Below, piece after piece: positions 1-9,628 of a stretch of 63,696 nt of DNA. The position numbers were made by a program, and so were the translations under genes. A model generated the notes under the pieces. The model searched no databases, was not told the origin of the DNA, and saw nothing but the letters and a program-made list of their open reading frames with translations. The stretch's first letter is position 1. Each line of letters starts with the position of its first letter. Origin of the DNA: Erysipelotrichaceae bacterium (GTDB lineage: Bacteria; Bacillota_I; Bacilli_A; RFN20; CAG-631); assembly GCA_022767485.1 (NCBI GenBank), contig JALEMY010000092.1, positions 1 to 63,696 on the forward strand, given 5' to 3'.

Positions 1-48
1 TTTTTCTGTCATAATATCATCTTCTATAAATTTAGTCATTTTTTTCAT
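1..48 (-). CDS. 5' end of an unidentified gene that runs off the left edge of the window
   Basis: The reverse complement of 1-48 reads ATG AAA AAA ATG ACT AAA TTT ATA GAA GAT GAT ATT ATG ACA GAA AAA (MKKMTKFIEDDIMTEK) and stays open to the edge. It lies 52 nt downstream of the stop of the 101-3073 gene on the same strand. There is no clear SD and it is too short to identify. Confidence 0.2.
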   Translation of the reverse strand, partial: MKKMTKFIEDDIMTEK

Positions 49-100
49 TTAAATGTTATTAATAATGAGTTTATTTATTGATGATTATCATAAAAATCTT

Positions 101-3073
101 TTACTTAATTTTTTCAGAGGTTGATATTTGATTTCTGCCATTTTCTTTTGCTTTATATAAAGCTTTATCTGCTTCAACATATAATTCATCAAACGTCTTT
201 ATTGTATCAGAAATACTAGAAACACCAATAGACAAACCAAAACCATTATTTGCTTGTATTGTAATATTTAATTCATTATAAATCCGGTCAATATAATCAT
301 TTGAAATATCATTAAATAAAGCAATAGCAAATTCGTCTCCTCCCATTCTACAAGAAAGTCCATCATTTACAATTGTAGAATCGATAGTTTGAGCTATTTT
401 AATTAAAAACTCATCCCCTGCTTTATGACCATATGTATCATTATATTTTTTAAAAAAGTCAATATCGATAATCAATAAGGTTACTTTGACATTTTGTAAT
501 ATCTTTGCTGATACATCATTTTCAAAAGCTAAGTGAGTTAATAATCCTGTTAACGAGTCTTTTCTATATGTTTCTTCCCAGAGTTTTAATCTAATTTGTG
601 ATTTTTTCTCAGATTCAACATTGAGCATTTTAGCAGCATAGGTATCTAAACTATTTGTGATAATTATTTCACTTCGTTCTTCTTTAACGGCTGAATCATA
701 ATATTTTCTACCAAAGCAAATAACATATTTAATGGTATTATCTTTACATACTAGTCTATGTTCAAAATAACCAATAGGATTATTAGCCATTTCTTTATTT
801 AAAAGGCAAAGATATGCACCTCTATCACTTTTTGGAATTAAATCAATTTGTGAAATAACGTTATTTTTTATATCCTCTTTGGTATAACCTGTAAAATTAG
901 TGAATTCTTTAGATATTTCTATAATTCTAGAATCTGAGTTTAATATATATTTAGCATATTTAACCACGTGAATAAAATTACCGTTACTATTTACATTTTC
1001 AGGCTCTTCTATATGCGTTAGTGGCACAACATGAGCTTTATGCAATACGTCTTCTTGTATGGCTTCTTCATTTATCATTTCAATAAAAGCCGCAGCGATT
1101 TTTGGATCAAATTGCGTTCCAGAACATTTAATTATTTCTTCTTTTGCTTCTTTTATTGTTTTGGCTTTACGATATGAACGATTGTTAATCATAGCATCAT
1201 ATGAATCTACTACAGATATGATTCTTGAAAGAAGCGGAATTGTTTCAAGACTTAAGCCATCAGGATAACCTGTTCCATCCCATCTTTCATGATGGTATTT
1301 TATCATGTCAGCTATTCCTTCAAGTTCTGGAGTACTTTTAGCTATTTCATAACCTTTTATTGTATGAGATTTAATTATTTTCCATTCTTCTGCAGTAAGT
1401 TTTCCTGGCTTGTTTAATATTTCAAGAGGTATTGCCACTTTACCAATATCATGAAGAATGCATAAAAGAGACAAATTTGATAGATCAACATCCGATAAAC
1501 CTAGTTTTTCACCAAGTTTAATGCCGGCAGCTTGTGTTCTTTTTACATGAGCTTCCGTATCTTCATCATTTGCTTGTAATGTTTTCACAAGTGAATAAAT
1601 AATTGCTGATTTACTAGATTCTTTATCTAATAACTTCTTTGCTTTTATTCCTTCAAAAGCTCTTTTAATAGCATTTATAATCGTATCATTTTCATCTATA
1701 ATAAAGGAAGTTGAAAATTGAATTGATTCCTCAAAATTTTCTTTTAATCTTAAAAGCAATTCAGTAATTTCGTCTTCGCTTTTGTTATAGCATATAACTA
1801 TTAATGAAGCGTCGTTTCCTCTAACATAATAAGAATCAGTAGAGAACAATTCTTTTAAATTTGTTGATAGTTTTTTTAATAATTTATCACCCTCACTTCT
1901 ATCGTGAAGGCTATTATATAAGCCTAATCTATTAATATCAACAATTGCTACACTTGTATTACAAGGGAAGCTTTGTTTATTATCAAAGGCAAATTTTTTA
2001 AATGAATCCCAATTGTGAAAACCAGTTAATAAATCCGTTTCTAATTGTACGTCAGCGAAAACAAATAATTTGCCAACTGTTTTATTATTTTTATCTTTAA
2101 TACATCTATAATCGCATCTTAGTTGTGTTGATTGTTTTATATAGCATTGAATTGAATAAGATTCATCATCGATATTATTTGACGTTAATAAGTCACAGTT
2201 TTTTCTAAACTCATTTAGCTCTGGTTTATTAATAGTATTTTCTTCGCCTAAAAAAGATACTGCTTTTTTATTATATAAAATCATATTATCATCATAATCA
2301 AACAAAACTAAACCCTGATTTATATTGTCAAATATCTCAGTTTTTAAGCCATTTAGCATGCCTTTTTCTGGAAACAATAATGCTGCATAATAACAAAGCA
2401 TAGCTAAAATTGAATATCCAAGTAATGCATAATCAACATTTAATGCAGCTGTCCAATATGGATTTGTATTTTTTTGAGGAAGAATTAAAAACAAAAAATT
2501 AATAAAAGCACATAAAATGATTCCTATTACAACAATTAAATATTTCACTTTATATTGTAAAGGAACAATAATTGCTTTTTTAATCAAAGCGCACAACAAT
2601 AATGTAACAATAGCATAAACATATGTTAGATGAAAATTAAATAAAAAATGAGGAACATATTTATATTTGGCTATCTTAAATAAATCAAAAGCAAGTTCGT
2701 AGTCGATGACTATCGGTTTAAAAATATTAATTATTAGTAATGATATATCAATAATTCCAACAATTGAAATTATTAAAATTATTATTTTAAATATTTTAGT
2801 TTTCTTACCTTCCACTAACCAATAGGTAAATATATATAAAGAAACTACCAATAAGTCCATACAAATAAAATAAAGACTAGAGAAAATAGAAGTAATTAGT
2901 TTTGAATTAAATGAGATACTTAATACATAAAATGTTATTACTAATGCATTATATAAGCATGATAATCCTAAAAATAAAGCATAGTTTTTTTTATATTTAA
3001 AAGAAAAAATTGACATAATAATGTTGATAATAATTGCTAATGACATCGTAATAATTATTAAAGGTTCAAACAT
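101..3073 (-). CDS. Membrane-bound c-di-GMP signalling protein: polytopic TM / PAS-like / degenerate GGDEF / HD-GYP / PAS / active-looking GGDEF
   Basis: 990-aa ORF with SD GAGGTGA 5 nt before the ATG at 3073. Domains by residue: aa 1-235 strongly hydrophobic (multiple TM segments); aa 240-340 PAS-like; aa 345-480 GGDEF fold (DLLTGFHNW, VAIVDINRLG) with RGNDAS in place of GGDEF; aa 495-665 HD-GYP (LHDIGK, HHERWDGTGYP, DSYDAM); aa 700-810 PAS; aa 835-985 GGDEF (DIDFFKKYNDTYGHKAGD, RMGGDEFAI). The GGDEF codons are at nt 329-343. Confidence 0.85.
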   Translation of the reverse strand: MFEPLIIITMSLAIIINIIMSIFSFKYKKNYALFLGLSCLYNALVITFYVLSISFNSKLITSIFSSLYFICMDLLVVSLYIFTYWLVEGKKTKIFKIIILIISIVGIIDISLLIINIFKPIVIDYELAFDLFKIAKYKYVPHFLFNFHLTYVYAIVTLLLCALIKKAIIVPLQYKVKYLIVVIGIILCAFINFLFLILPQKNTNPYWTAALNVDYALLGYSILAMLCYYAALLFPEKGMLNGLKTEIFDNINQGLVLFDYDDNMILYNKKAVSFLGEENTINKPELNEFRKNCDLLTSNNIDDESYSIQCYIKQSTQLRCDYRCIKDKNNKTVGKLFVFADVQLETDLLTGFHNWDSFKKFAFDNKQSFPCNTSVAIVDINRLGLYNSLHDRSEGDKLLKKLSTNLKELFSTDSYYVRGNDASLIVICYNKSEDEITELLLRLKENFEESIQFSTSFIIDENDTIINAIKRAFEGIKAKKLLDKESSKSAIIYSLVKTLQANDEDTEAHVKRTQAAGIKLGEKLGLSDVDLSNLSLLCILHDIGKVAIPLEILNKPGKLTAEEWKIIKSHTIKGYEIAKSTPELEGIADMIKYHHERWDGTGYPDGLSLETIPLLSRIISVVDSYDAMINNRSYRKAKTIKEAKEEIIKCSGTQFDPKIAAAFIEMINEEAIQEDVLHKAHVVPLTHIEEPENVNSNGNFIHVVKYAKYILNSDSRIIEISKEFTNFTGYTKEDIKNNVISQIDLIPKSDRGAYLCLLNKEMANNPIGYFEHRLVCKDNTIKYVICFGRKYYDSAVKEERSEIIITNSLDTYAAKMLNVESEKKSQIRLKLWEETYRKDSLTGLLTHLAFENDVSAKILQNVKVTLLIIDIDFFKKYNDTYGHKAGDEFLIKIAQTIDSTIVNDGLSCRMGGDEFAIALFNDISNDYIDRIYNELNITIQANNGFGLSIGVSSISDTIKTFDELYVEADKALYKAKENGRNQISTSEKIK

Positions 3074-3153
3074 AATATCACCTCGATGCGATTTCTCTTA
3101 TAGAATAATTATATAACATAATCTACTGGTAATAAAGATAATTGTTGCTTCAT

Positions 3154-3195
3154 AAAAAAAATAAAGTGAACATAGCTAATATTTATGTTCACTTT
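3154..3195 (-). terminator. Intrinsic terminator downstream of ppa
   Basis: 12-bp perfect stem (3163-3174 pairs with 3184-3195) with a 9-nt loop. On the minus strand it is followed by a T-run (plus-strand A-run 3154-3161). It starts 13 nt after the ppa stop. Confidence 0.7.
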
Positions 3196-3207
3196 AATGT
3201 TACTTAG

Positions 3208-3741
3208 TTAATTTGAAAATTTTTCTTTATATGCGATAAGTGCATTTTCAATTATTTTTTCTGCTACACAAGCATCTTCTAACTCATTATCAACTTCTGT
3301 GTCTTTGCCTTCAAGTGTCTTATATACTTTAAAGAAATGTTTTATTTCTTCACTGACATGATCTGGCAAATCTTTAATTGATTTATAATCTTTGTAAAAA
3401 GGATCATGTAAACAAACCGCAATAATTTTTTCATCTTTTTTCCCATTATCAATCATATGCATTACACCGATTGGTTTACATTCAACTAGTGTCAAAGGAA
3501 TAATAGATTCAGTACATAAAACAAGAACATCAAGAGGGTCATTGTCTTCGGCATATGTTTTAGGAATAAAGCCATAATTTGCTGGGTAATGCGTCGATGT
3601 ATATAAAATCCTATCTAAACGTAATAAACCTGTTTCTTTATCAAGTTCATACTTGTTTTTGCTTCCTTTTGAAATTTCAATACAAGATATAAAACAATCT
3701 TTTTTTATTCTATCATTTTTAATGGAATGCCATATATTCAT
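3208..3741 (-). CDS. ppa: Inorganic pyrophosphatase, family I
   Basis: 177 aa. Motifs [11 protein letters not shown] and [10 protein letters not shown], plus the DEKIIAV region, are typical of soluble family I PPases. SD AAAGGA lies upstream of the ATG. Confidence 0.9.
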   Translation of the reverse strand: MNIWHSIKNDRIKKDCFISCIEISKGSKNKYELDKETGLLRLDRILYTSTHYPANYGFIPKTYAEDNDPLDVLVLCTESIIPLTLVECKPIGVMHMIDNGKKDEKIIAVCLHDPFYKDYKSIKDLPDHVSEEIKHFFKVYKTLEGKDTEVDNELEDACVAEKIIENALIAYKEKFSN

Positions 3742-3759
3742 AATATCATCCTTTCTATT

Positions 3760-5118
3760 TTAATAATAAGTTTTTTCAAAACAAATTTTATTTGCTATAA
3801 ATGAGTATACACACATTGGTAAATATAAAATAGTAGCAATGTAAAATCCTGGTTTTAAAATGAAAACTCTGTTAATTTTTTCAGCGTTTAATTTAGCACT
3901 ATCACTAAGTAGTGTAAATTCTTTAATGCCAATTTGCTCTATATATAAATTAAGTGAGGCATCGTTGACTAATTGATTATAAAAACCAAGTAAAATAATA
4001 AAGCCATAAAACAAAACTGTAGAAATCAATATTCTAGTTAATGGGAATTTAGTGACTTGACTTGGAAAACTCTTAATCAAACTAATTAAGGAAAAAATAA
4101 TAATTATAACAAAGGCTATATGCATAATAACTTTCAGGTAATTAATAACCGTTGCTAATAATACAAAAGAATCATCACCACTAGAGCATTGAATGCTTTG
4201 AACAACATCAATAAAAAATCCTTTAAGCATAATTGAATAATTAGAAGTAGCACCTATTGATTCATAGCGATATAATTTTGCTCCAAGTGTGACATTAACC
4301 TCAATTAATTGAGATGATGAGAAAATCAAGATAACAAGCATAATTACAATCGCAATTGATTTTAATATAACCTGCTTTAAGTATATTGTTTTTTCTTTAG
4401 TAATGATTTCACCAATATATAGAATCAAATAAGCTAACAAACAAAAACTAGCATGTATAATATAAGTAATACTATAGCAATTAAAAGCAAATATCATCGT
4501 TAGTGAAAAAGCAAATAGTACACCATTAACTTTTTTTATTTTATGAACGAAATCGTTTTTACTTAAGCCAAATATAGTCATCAATAATAAGATGATACCT
4601 AAAACAATCATGGTAGTCGTAAATAAAATAACGATGATCTCATAAGCAAATAGAATCATGGATGAATGAGCTACAAAAGCATCTAATTTCAAATAATTAA
4701 TAACATTTTTAAATAAGCCAATCAAATTTGTTTGCTTATCAAGCAATAAAGTGTCATTTACAATATAATGATAATATGACGATATATCATCATATTGCGT
4801 GTAAACATTATTTAAAGGAAAAAGAGGTAAGACTAATAAAAAAATATTAAAAACTCCTAAAAGAGCAAATATGATATTATATATTTTCCTTGCTGTAGTA
4901 ATACCTTTTGTGCTTGTAGAATATAATATTTCATTTTCTTTAGCTTCAGTTTTTTCCGTAATTTTATTACCAAAATAAAGCATATTAAAATTTTTTTTAT
5001 TATTATTTTTAACGTATCCACATGATAAGCAATATGTATCCTTAGCACTCATAATTTGATTGCATTTAGGACATATAGATGTCGTTATTATTTTCTTTTT
5101 CTTTTTGCTCATATTCAT
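3760..5118 (-). CDS. Polytopic membrane protein with N-terminal cytoplasmic zinc ribbon, function unknown
   Basis: The ORF-track ORF is 3760-5202. I prefer the ATG at 5118 (MNMSKKKKK...) because AAAGGA precedes it and the longer form overlaps the upstream gene. It has a CPKC-x14-CLSC zinc ribbon followed by about 9-10 hydrophobic segments. Confidence 0.6.
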   Translation of the reverse strand: MNMSKKKKKIITTSICPKCNQIMSAKDTYCLSCGYVKNNNKKNFNMLYFGNKITEKTEAKENEILYSTSTKGITTARKIYNIIFALLGVFNIFLLVLPLFPLNNVYTQYDDISSYYHYIVNDTLLLDKQTNLIGLFKNVINYLKLDAFVAHSSMILFAYEIIVILFTTTMIVLGIILLLMTIFGLSKNDFVHKIKKVNGVLFAFSLTMIFAFNCYSITYIIHASFCLLAYLILYIGEIITKEKTIYLKQVILKSIAIVIMLVILIFSSSQLIEVNVTLGAKLYRYESIGATSNYSIMLKGFFIDVVQSIQCSSGDDSFVLLATVINYLKVIMHIAFVIIIIFSLISLIKSFPSQVTKFPLTRILISTVLFYGFIILLGFYNQLVNDASLNLYIEQIGIKEFTLLSDSAKLNAEKINRVFILKPGFYIATILYLPMCVYSFIANKICFEKTYY

Positions 5119-5185
5119 TTTCCTTTTAATTAAAATACAATATATTTTAATTTTTGTAAAGAAAAAACACGATAATAATAGTGTT

Positions 5186-6304
5186 TTAATTATCAAAAAC
5201 AATTATAGGAATTGAAAACTCTTCTTTAACACCACCAGCGTGATGTCCTTTGAAGAAATGTCCATCTTCTGAAACAGATTGCATAAAATAATATCTATCT
5301 TTGGCAATAGCTACATAATCTCCGACTTCATCTTTAAACATTTCGTTTTCTTTTCCATATCCAAAGATGTGATTTTCAATCACCTCATCCTTGCTATATA
5401 AATCATAAAATTGAGAAAAATATTTATTAAATAATTGTTTAAATTCTTCTTCTTTTCCCTCTTTAATAAAAAAGAAAGCACATCTTGAATCACATGAAAA
5501 AGGAGCTTTTAAACAAGAAAGAAGGTCAAAGTAAGTATAAAGAGCGATCGGTGTTACATCGATTTGACTATGATCAGCACTTACGATACCTATCGTGTTT
5601 TTGGTTTTTCTTTCTATGTGATGCAATGCTTTGCCAATTTTGTTTAAAATGGATTTTACATGATCATTGCACGTTCCTTCATCATGCATCGTATAATCAG
5701 GTTCTCCCCAATAAGCGTAAATATATTTCTTTCCTTTTTGATTACATATTTTACAAATTCTATGTTCGAATTCTTTTAAAGATTTACAACCATTTTCTGC
5801 AAATGATGGAAAAACTTTAAAATATTTTACTTCATCATTACTTTTTTCTTGGATAATAGTTCCTAAATCCTTTATAGGCATTCTTTTTAATGCGATATTT
5901 TCACCATCAATTTTTTCTTTGCTAAGTGCATCACAATTTGGATAATTATCGATAACACGGGACAAATCCTTATAATATGTCGACCATCCTAACCATCCTG
6001 TACTTATAGGATTAAGTCCTGTAATAAAAGATGTTGTACAGTTAGCTGTAGTTGGAGGAAATGTTGAATCCATCTTTCCTACACGATGAGTTTGAAGATA
6101 ATGATTTTTTGAAGTGTTTTTGTCGATAATGCTATTTCCCATACCATCAAACACGAAAACAATGACATTTTCATAATCCTTTTGAACTAATAATTTATCG
6201 ATTAGCTCGTTTGTTTTATAATTTGGTGTCAAAGAAAAGTGCTTTTGTATAGAACTTGTAAGATTAGTTATACAATTATTATAATTCACATATGAAATAG
6301 CCAT
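5186..6304 (-). CDS. Alkaline-phosphatase-superfamily enzyme, nucleotide pyrophosphatase/phosphodiesterase (NPP)-like
   Basis: 372 aa. VFVFDGMGNS (metal-ligand Asp), STFPPTTANCTTSFITG (NPP-type Thr nucleophile region), SADHSQ and GHHAGG are motifs consistent with the AlkP/NPP fold. SD AAGGA sits inside the end of the upstream gene. Confidence 0.65.
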   Translation of the reverse strand: MAISYVNYNNCITNLTSSIQKHFSLTPNYKTNELIDKLLVQKDYENVIVFVFDGMGNSIIDKNTSKNHYLQTHRVGKMDSTFPPTTANCTTSFITGLNPISTGWLGWSTYYKDLSRVIDNYPNCDALSKEKIDGENIALKRMPIKDLGTIIQEKSNDEVKYFKVFPSFAENGCKSLKEFEHRICKICNQKGKKYIYAYWGEPDYTMHDEGTCNDHVKSILNKIGKALHHIERKTKNTIGIVSADHSQIDVTPIALYTYFDLLSCLKAPFSCDSRCAFFFIKEGKEEEFKQLFNKYFSQFYDLYSKDEVIENHIFGYGKENEMFKDEVGDYVAIAKDRYYFMQSVSEDGHFFKGHHAGGVKEEFSIPIIVFDN

Positions 6305-6310
6305 ATTTTA

Positions 6311-7834
6311 TCATTCCTTACAATATTTTACTTTAAGACCGATATCATATGTCCTACTCCAAGGGAAATACATATCTAATATTTCATATTTTGGAAAATT
6401 AGGACACAAATCATTCAATGCTTCTTTCATCACTTTATTTGTCAAAGATAACCAATATGGATCTCTTTGCCCATGGACATCATAAATTGTGTAATCGTTT
6501 GCTTTTGTCCCACAGTATTTTTCTCTTAAAATCTTTCTTGCAAGACAAGAATAACCGATATCTTCAACATAACGATGCATCAAAAAATCATCGAATGATT
6601 CTTTGTTATGTGGATATATGTATCTAATGCCCATAGGAAGAGCAGTTCCTAGTGAATTGCAAGGAATATTCCAACTGGCATAACCTGCAAGGTCCATGTA
6701 TAACTTTTTTTGATCCAACAACTTAATAAATGCAGGATCTGACCCATTGCAATAGCCAATATCACATACAGTAAGTGCTCTGTGCTCATTTTTTACAAGA
6801 TATTCTATGCGTGTTACAAACTCGACTAAATTGCGTCCTACAACATAGCCAAAATAATCACTATCGTCTCTAAATTGCGATGAAATCATATTTTTTGTTG
6901 GTGCATTTATAGCGAGAATTAAGGAAGCATCATCGATGTTATCACACATTAAACAGCCACTAGCAATGATTTGTGATCTTACAGAAATATCAAGTGGACG
7001 ATCTTCGGCACAAGGAATGACATTTTTGCATTCATCGCTAGGATACATTACATATACTAATGGTTTTTGATGGTAATATTCATTTAACATTCTTGCAAAT
7101 AAAGTATTTGATACTTCATCAGCGCCAGGATATGTCAAAACCTTCAATTGTAAATGATTTTCGTCAACAACTTTACGTACTTTCATTTGATCTAATGCTG
7201 TGTAGCCATATGGGGCACTATCGTCTTGTGGAACAATTAAAAATGAAATGATATTATCACGAACAAGTTCTACTACTTTACATGTAATAGCTGTATTAAT
7301 TTCTCTACGAAAAGAATAATCATCTTCATATTCCTTTGGAATTTTAACATTTTGATAATAGTTTATTTCCTCTTTTGTTGCTACATTAACTTTCATTTTG
7401 TGCTCAATTGCTTTTTTTGTGTGTAGTTTAAGTCCATATTGTTGATAGTAAAATGGCTCTTCATCATCATCATCATAGCAAGGACAACGCATAACTAAGC
7501 TATATGCATATATTTTAATATTTGGGTTTGCTTCTTTTACTTTTAAAAGAACATCAAGACGTTTACTTACTTCATCAAAGGTAAAATAGTGAAGACGTGA
7601 TGGAACAATACCACCATAAATTAATGTGTCAATTGAAACGATAGCAGCATAGGCATCTTTACATTCATTTTCAAAAAATTCTTGGATTTTCTTTACATCT
7701 CCAGGCTTTTTTTTAAGTCCCATGTATTGCGTAGGCACACGAACAATATCAAACTCTTCCCCTTTAAACATCAAATAAGGAAAATCATAATTACAAGGTC
7801 TTTCATCAAGTGGTATATGAACAATTTTTAGCAT
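6311..7834 (-). CDS. DUF4127-family protein (uncharacterised)
   Basis: The ORF track gives 6311-7879. The ATG at 7834 is preceded by a strong SD (GGAGGATGGTTTATG) and yields MLKIVHIPLDERPCNYDFP, an N-terminus I recall as typical of DUF4127. The stop is TGA at 6311-6313. Confidence 0.55.
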   Translation of the reverse strand: MLKIVHIPLDERPCNYDFPYLMFKGEEFDIVRVPTQYMGLKKKPGDVKKIQEFFENECKDAYAAIVSIDTLIYGGIVPSRLHYFTFDEVSKRLDVLLKVKEANPNIKIYAYSLVMRCPCYDDDDEEPFYYQQYGLKLHTKKAIEHKMKVNVATKEEINYYQNVKIPKEYEDDYSFRREINTAITCKVVELVRDNIISFLIVPQDDSAPYGYTALDQMKVRKVVDENHLQLKVLTYPGADEVSNTLFARMLNEYYHQKPLVYVMYPSDECKNVIPCAEDRPLDISVRSQIIASGCLMCDNIDDASLILAINAPTKNMISSQFRDDSDYFGYVVGRNLVEFVTRIEYLVKNEHRALTVCDIGYCNGSDPAFIKLLDQKKLYMDLAGYASWNIPCNSLGTALPMGIRYIYPHNKESFDDFLMHRYVEDIGYSCLARKILREKYCGTKANDYTIYDVHGQRDPYWLSLTNKVMKEALNDLCPNFPKYEILDMYFPWSRTYDIGLKVKYCKE

Positions 7835-7965
7835 AAACCATCCTCCTATTAATAGCAAAATTATAACATATATTGACAATAATTTTAACGATTATCATTT
7901 TTATTTTCAAATTAATTATAATAAATGTATAATATAATTGAAATTAAAAAAAGGAGTTTATTATT

Positions 7966-9597
7966 ATGAATGACAATAAATGGTGGAAAAATGCCATTAT
8001 TTATCAAATCTACCCAAAAAGTTTTAAAGATTCCAACAATGATGGTATTGGCGATTTAAAAGGAATCATAGAAAAACTTGATTATTTAAGCTTTTTAGGT
8101 GTAGATGCTATTTGGTTATCTCCAATTTATGACTCACCAATGGAAGATAATGGTTATGATGTCGCTGATTATTTTAAAATTGCCCCAATTTTTGGCACAA
8201 TGGAAGACATGGACAGTTTAATTAGCGAAGCTAAAAAAAGAAACATTAGAATTATTATGGACTTGGTAGCAAATCATACTTCAAAAGAGCATGTATGGTT
8301 TAAAGAAGCTTGTAAGTCTATCGATAATCCTTATCATGATTATTTTTATTGGTCTGACAAACCAGATGATAAAATATCTGATTTTTGTGGTTCTTCATGG
8401 GAATATGTAGAATCTTTAAATTTATATTATTACCATTATTTTGCTAAAGGACAAGTCGATTTAAATTGGACAAATCCTAAGGTAAGACAAGAGATAGCTA
8501 ACATTATTAATTGGTGGCTTGATAAAGGTGTTGCTGGTTTTAGAATGGATGCTATTGAATTAATAGGTAAAGAATTAGATAAAAATATCTTTGCAAATGG
8601 TCCAAAGATTCATGATTATTTAAGAGAATTAAATGAAAATTCTTTCGGAAAGAAAAAAGATAGCATTACGGTTGGTGAAGGATGGCCAACAACAAAAATA
8701 GCAATAGAATATACAAACCCTGAACATCATGAATTAGATATGATGTTTAACTTTGATTTGATCTCGCATATATGGAAAAATAATGACCTTGAAAAATTCG
8801 AACCAAATATTCCTAATTTGATCGAACTTAAAAAAATATTTGCAAGATGGCAAAATGATTTAAAAGATAAAGGTTGGAACACTTTATTTTGGGAAAATCA
8901 CGATTTAGCGCGTTGTATATCAAATTTTGGTAACGATCGTTTTTATCGCGAAGAATCAGCTAAAGCCTTAGCTTATATGTTATATTTTCAACAAGGAACA
9001 CCATTTATCTATCAAGGCCAAGAAATTGGTATGATCAATGCATATTATACGAAACTTAGCGATTATCAAGATATCGATTCAATTAATAAATATCAGGATA
9101 AAGTTATCGATAAGAAAATCGTTTCAAGTTCCCGTATGTTAAAAGGCTTACAAAGAGGCTCTAGAGATAATGCTCGAACACCTATTCCTTGGAATGATAA
9201 AGAAAATGCAGGATGGAATAATGGAGCAACCCCATGGTTAAAAATAATCCCAAATTATAAGGAAATAAATATTGAAAAAGCGATAGCAAATAAAGATTCT
9301 GTCTTATATACTTATAAAGACATATTCAAATTTAGAAAAGAAAGTGAATATCGCGATACTATTATAAATGGTAGTTATGAAACTTATCTTGATGATGACC
9401 CATATATTTATGTATATAAAAGGTCATATAATGATAAATCTTTTATCGTTGTTGTTAACTATGATGATGACAATCATGAATTAGATTTAAATATTGATGT
9501 TTCAAATATTATTATGTCTTCATATAAAGATAGTCCTTCATCAACAAGAAAAGTCATCTTAAGACCTTATGAAGCTATCGTATACAAAATCAAATAA
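7966..9597 (+). CDS. GH13 alpha-glucosidase (oligo-1,6-glucosidase / trehalose-6-P hydrolase-like)
   Basis: 543 aa. WWKNAIIYQIYPKSFKDSNNDGIGDLKGI, DLVANHTS, GFRMDAI, GEGW and FWENHDLAR are the GH13 conserved regions I-IV. SD AAAGGAG is present. Confidence 0.87.
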   Translation: MNDNKWWKNAIIYQIYPKSFKDSNNDGIGDLKGIIEKLDYLSFLGVDAIWLSPIYDSPMEDNGYDVADYFKIAPIFGTMEDMDSLISEAKKRNIRIIMDLVANHTSKEHVWFKEACKSIDNPYHDYFYWSDKPDDKISDFCGSSWEYVESLNLYYYHYFAKGQVDLNWTNPKVRQEIANIINWWLDKGVAGFRMDAIELIGKELDKNIFANGPKIHDYLRELNENSFGKKKDSITVGEGWPTTKIAIEYTNPEHHELDMMFNFDLISHIWKNNDLEKFEPNIPNLIELKKIFARWQNDLKDKGWNTLFWENHDLARCISNFGNDRFYREESAKALAYMLYFQQGTPFIYQGQEIGMINAYYTKLSDYQDIDSINKYQDKVIDKKIVSSSRMLKGLQRGSRDNARTPIPWNDKENAGWNNGATPWLKIIPNYKEINIEKAIANKDSVLYTYKDIFKFRKESEYRDTIINGSYETYLDDDPYIYVYKRSYNDKSFIVVVNYDDDNHELDLNIDVSNIIMSSYKDSPSSTRKVILRPYEAIVYKIK

Positions 9598-9628
9598 AAT
9601 TATAATTAGAAAGTCGGTGAAGTAATAA

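Noticed and set aside
1059-1268. A 69-aa plus-strand ORF inside the GGDEF/HD-GYP gene. There are many similar 60-110-aa antisense ORFs in the track: 4857-5048, 5485-5820, 6418-6627, 7060-7251, 13198-13386, 21287-21484, 23782-23973, 24384-24617, 24936-25166, 27377-27577, 27946-28134, 29095-29280, 32228-32428, 33135-33353, 33431-33664, 33454-33645, 33886-34086, 34823-35062, 40901-41095, 41804-42016, 42292-42480, 45638-45820, 47065-47262, 49600-49845, 49742-49927, 52036-52227, 52237-52428, 56487-56723, 59144-59395, 60052-60249, 61474-61656 and 62520-62720.
   Set aside because: All lie wholly inside (antisense or out of frame to) long ORFs with clear family motifs. They have no SD and low-complexity composition typical of shadow ORFs in AT-rich DNA.
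3760-5202. ORF-track N-terminal extensions: 3760-5202, 6311-7879, 15101-16045, 25405-26403, 27279-28670, 35788-36447, 36413-36847 and 38753-39373.
   Set aside because: In each case an internal ATG or GTG preceded by a good SD gives a family-typical N-terminus and removes overlap with neighbouring genes or regulatory RNA. The shorter coordinates are reported in the feature list.
5186-6304. The alkaline-phosphatase-fold gene as a PglZ domain of a BREX-type defence system.
   Set aside because: No BREX partners (PglX methyltransferase, BrxC ATPase, BrxL/Lon and so on) are nearby. The motifs look NPP-like, and its neighbours are ppa, DUF4127 and a membrane protein.
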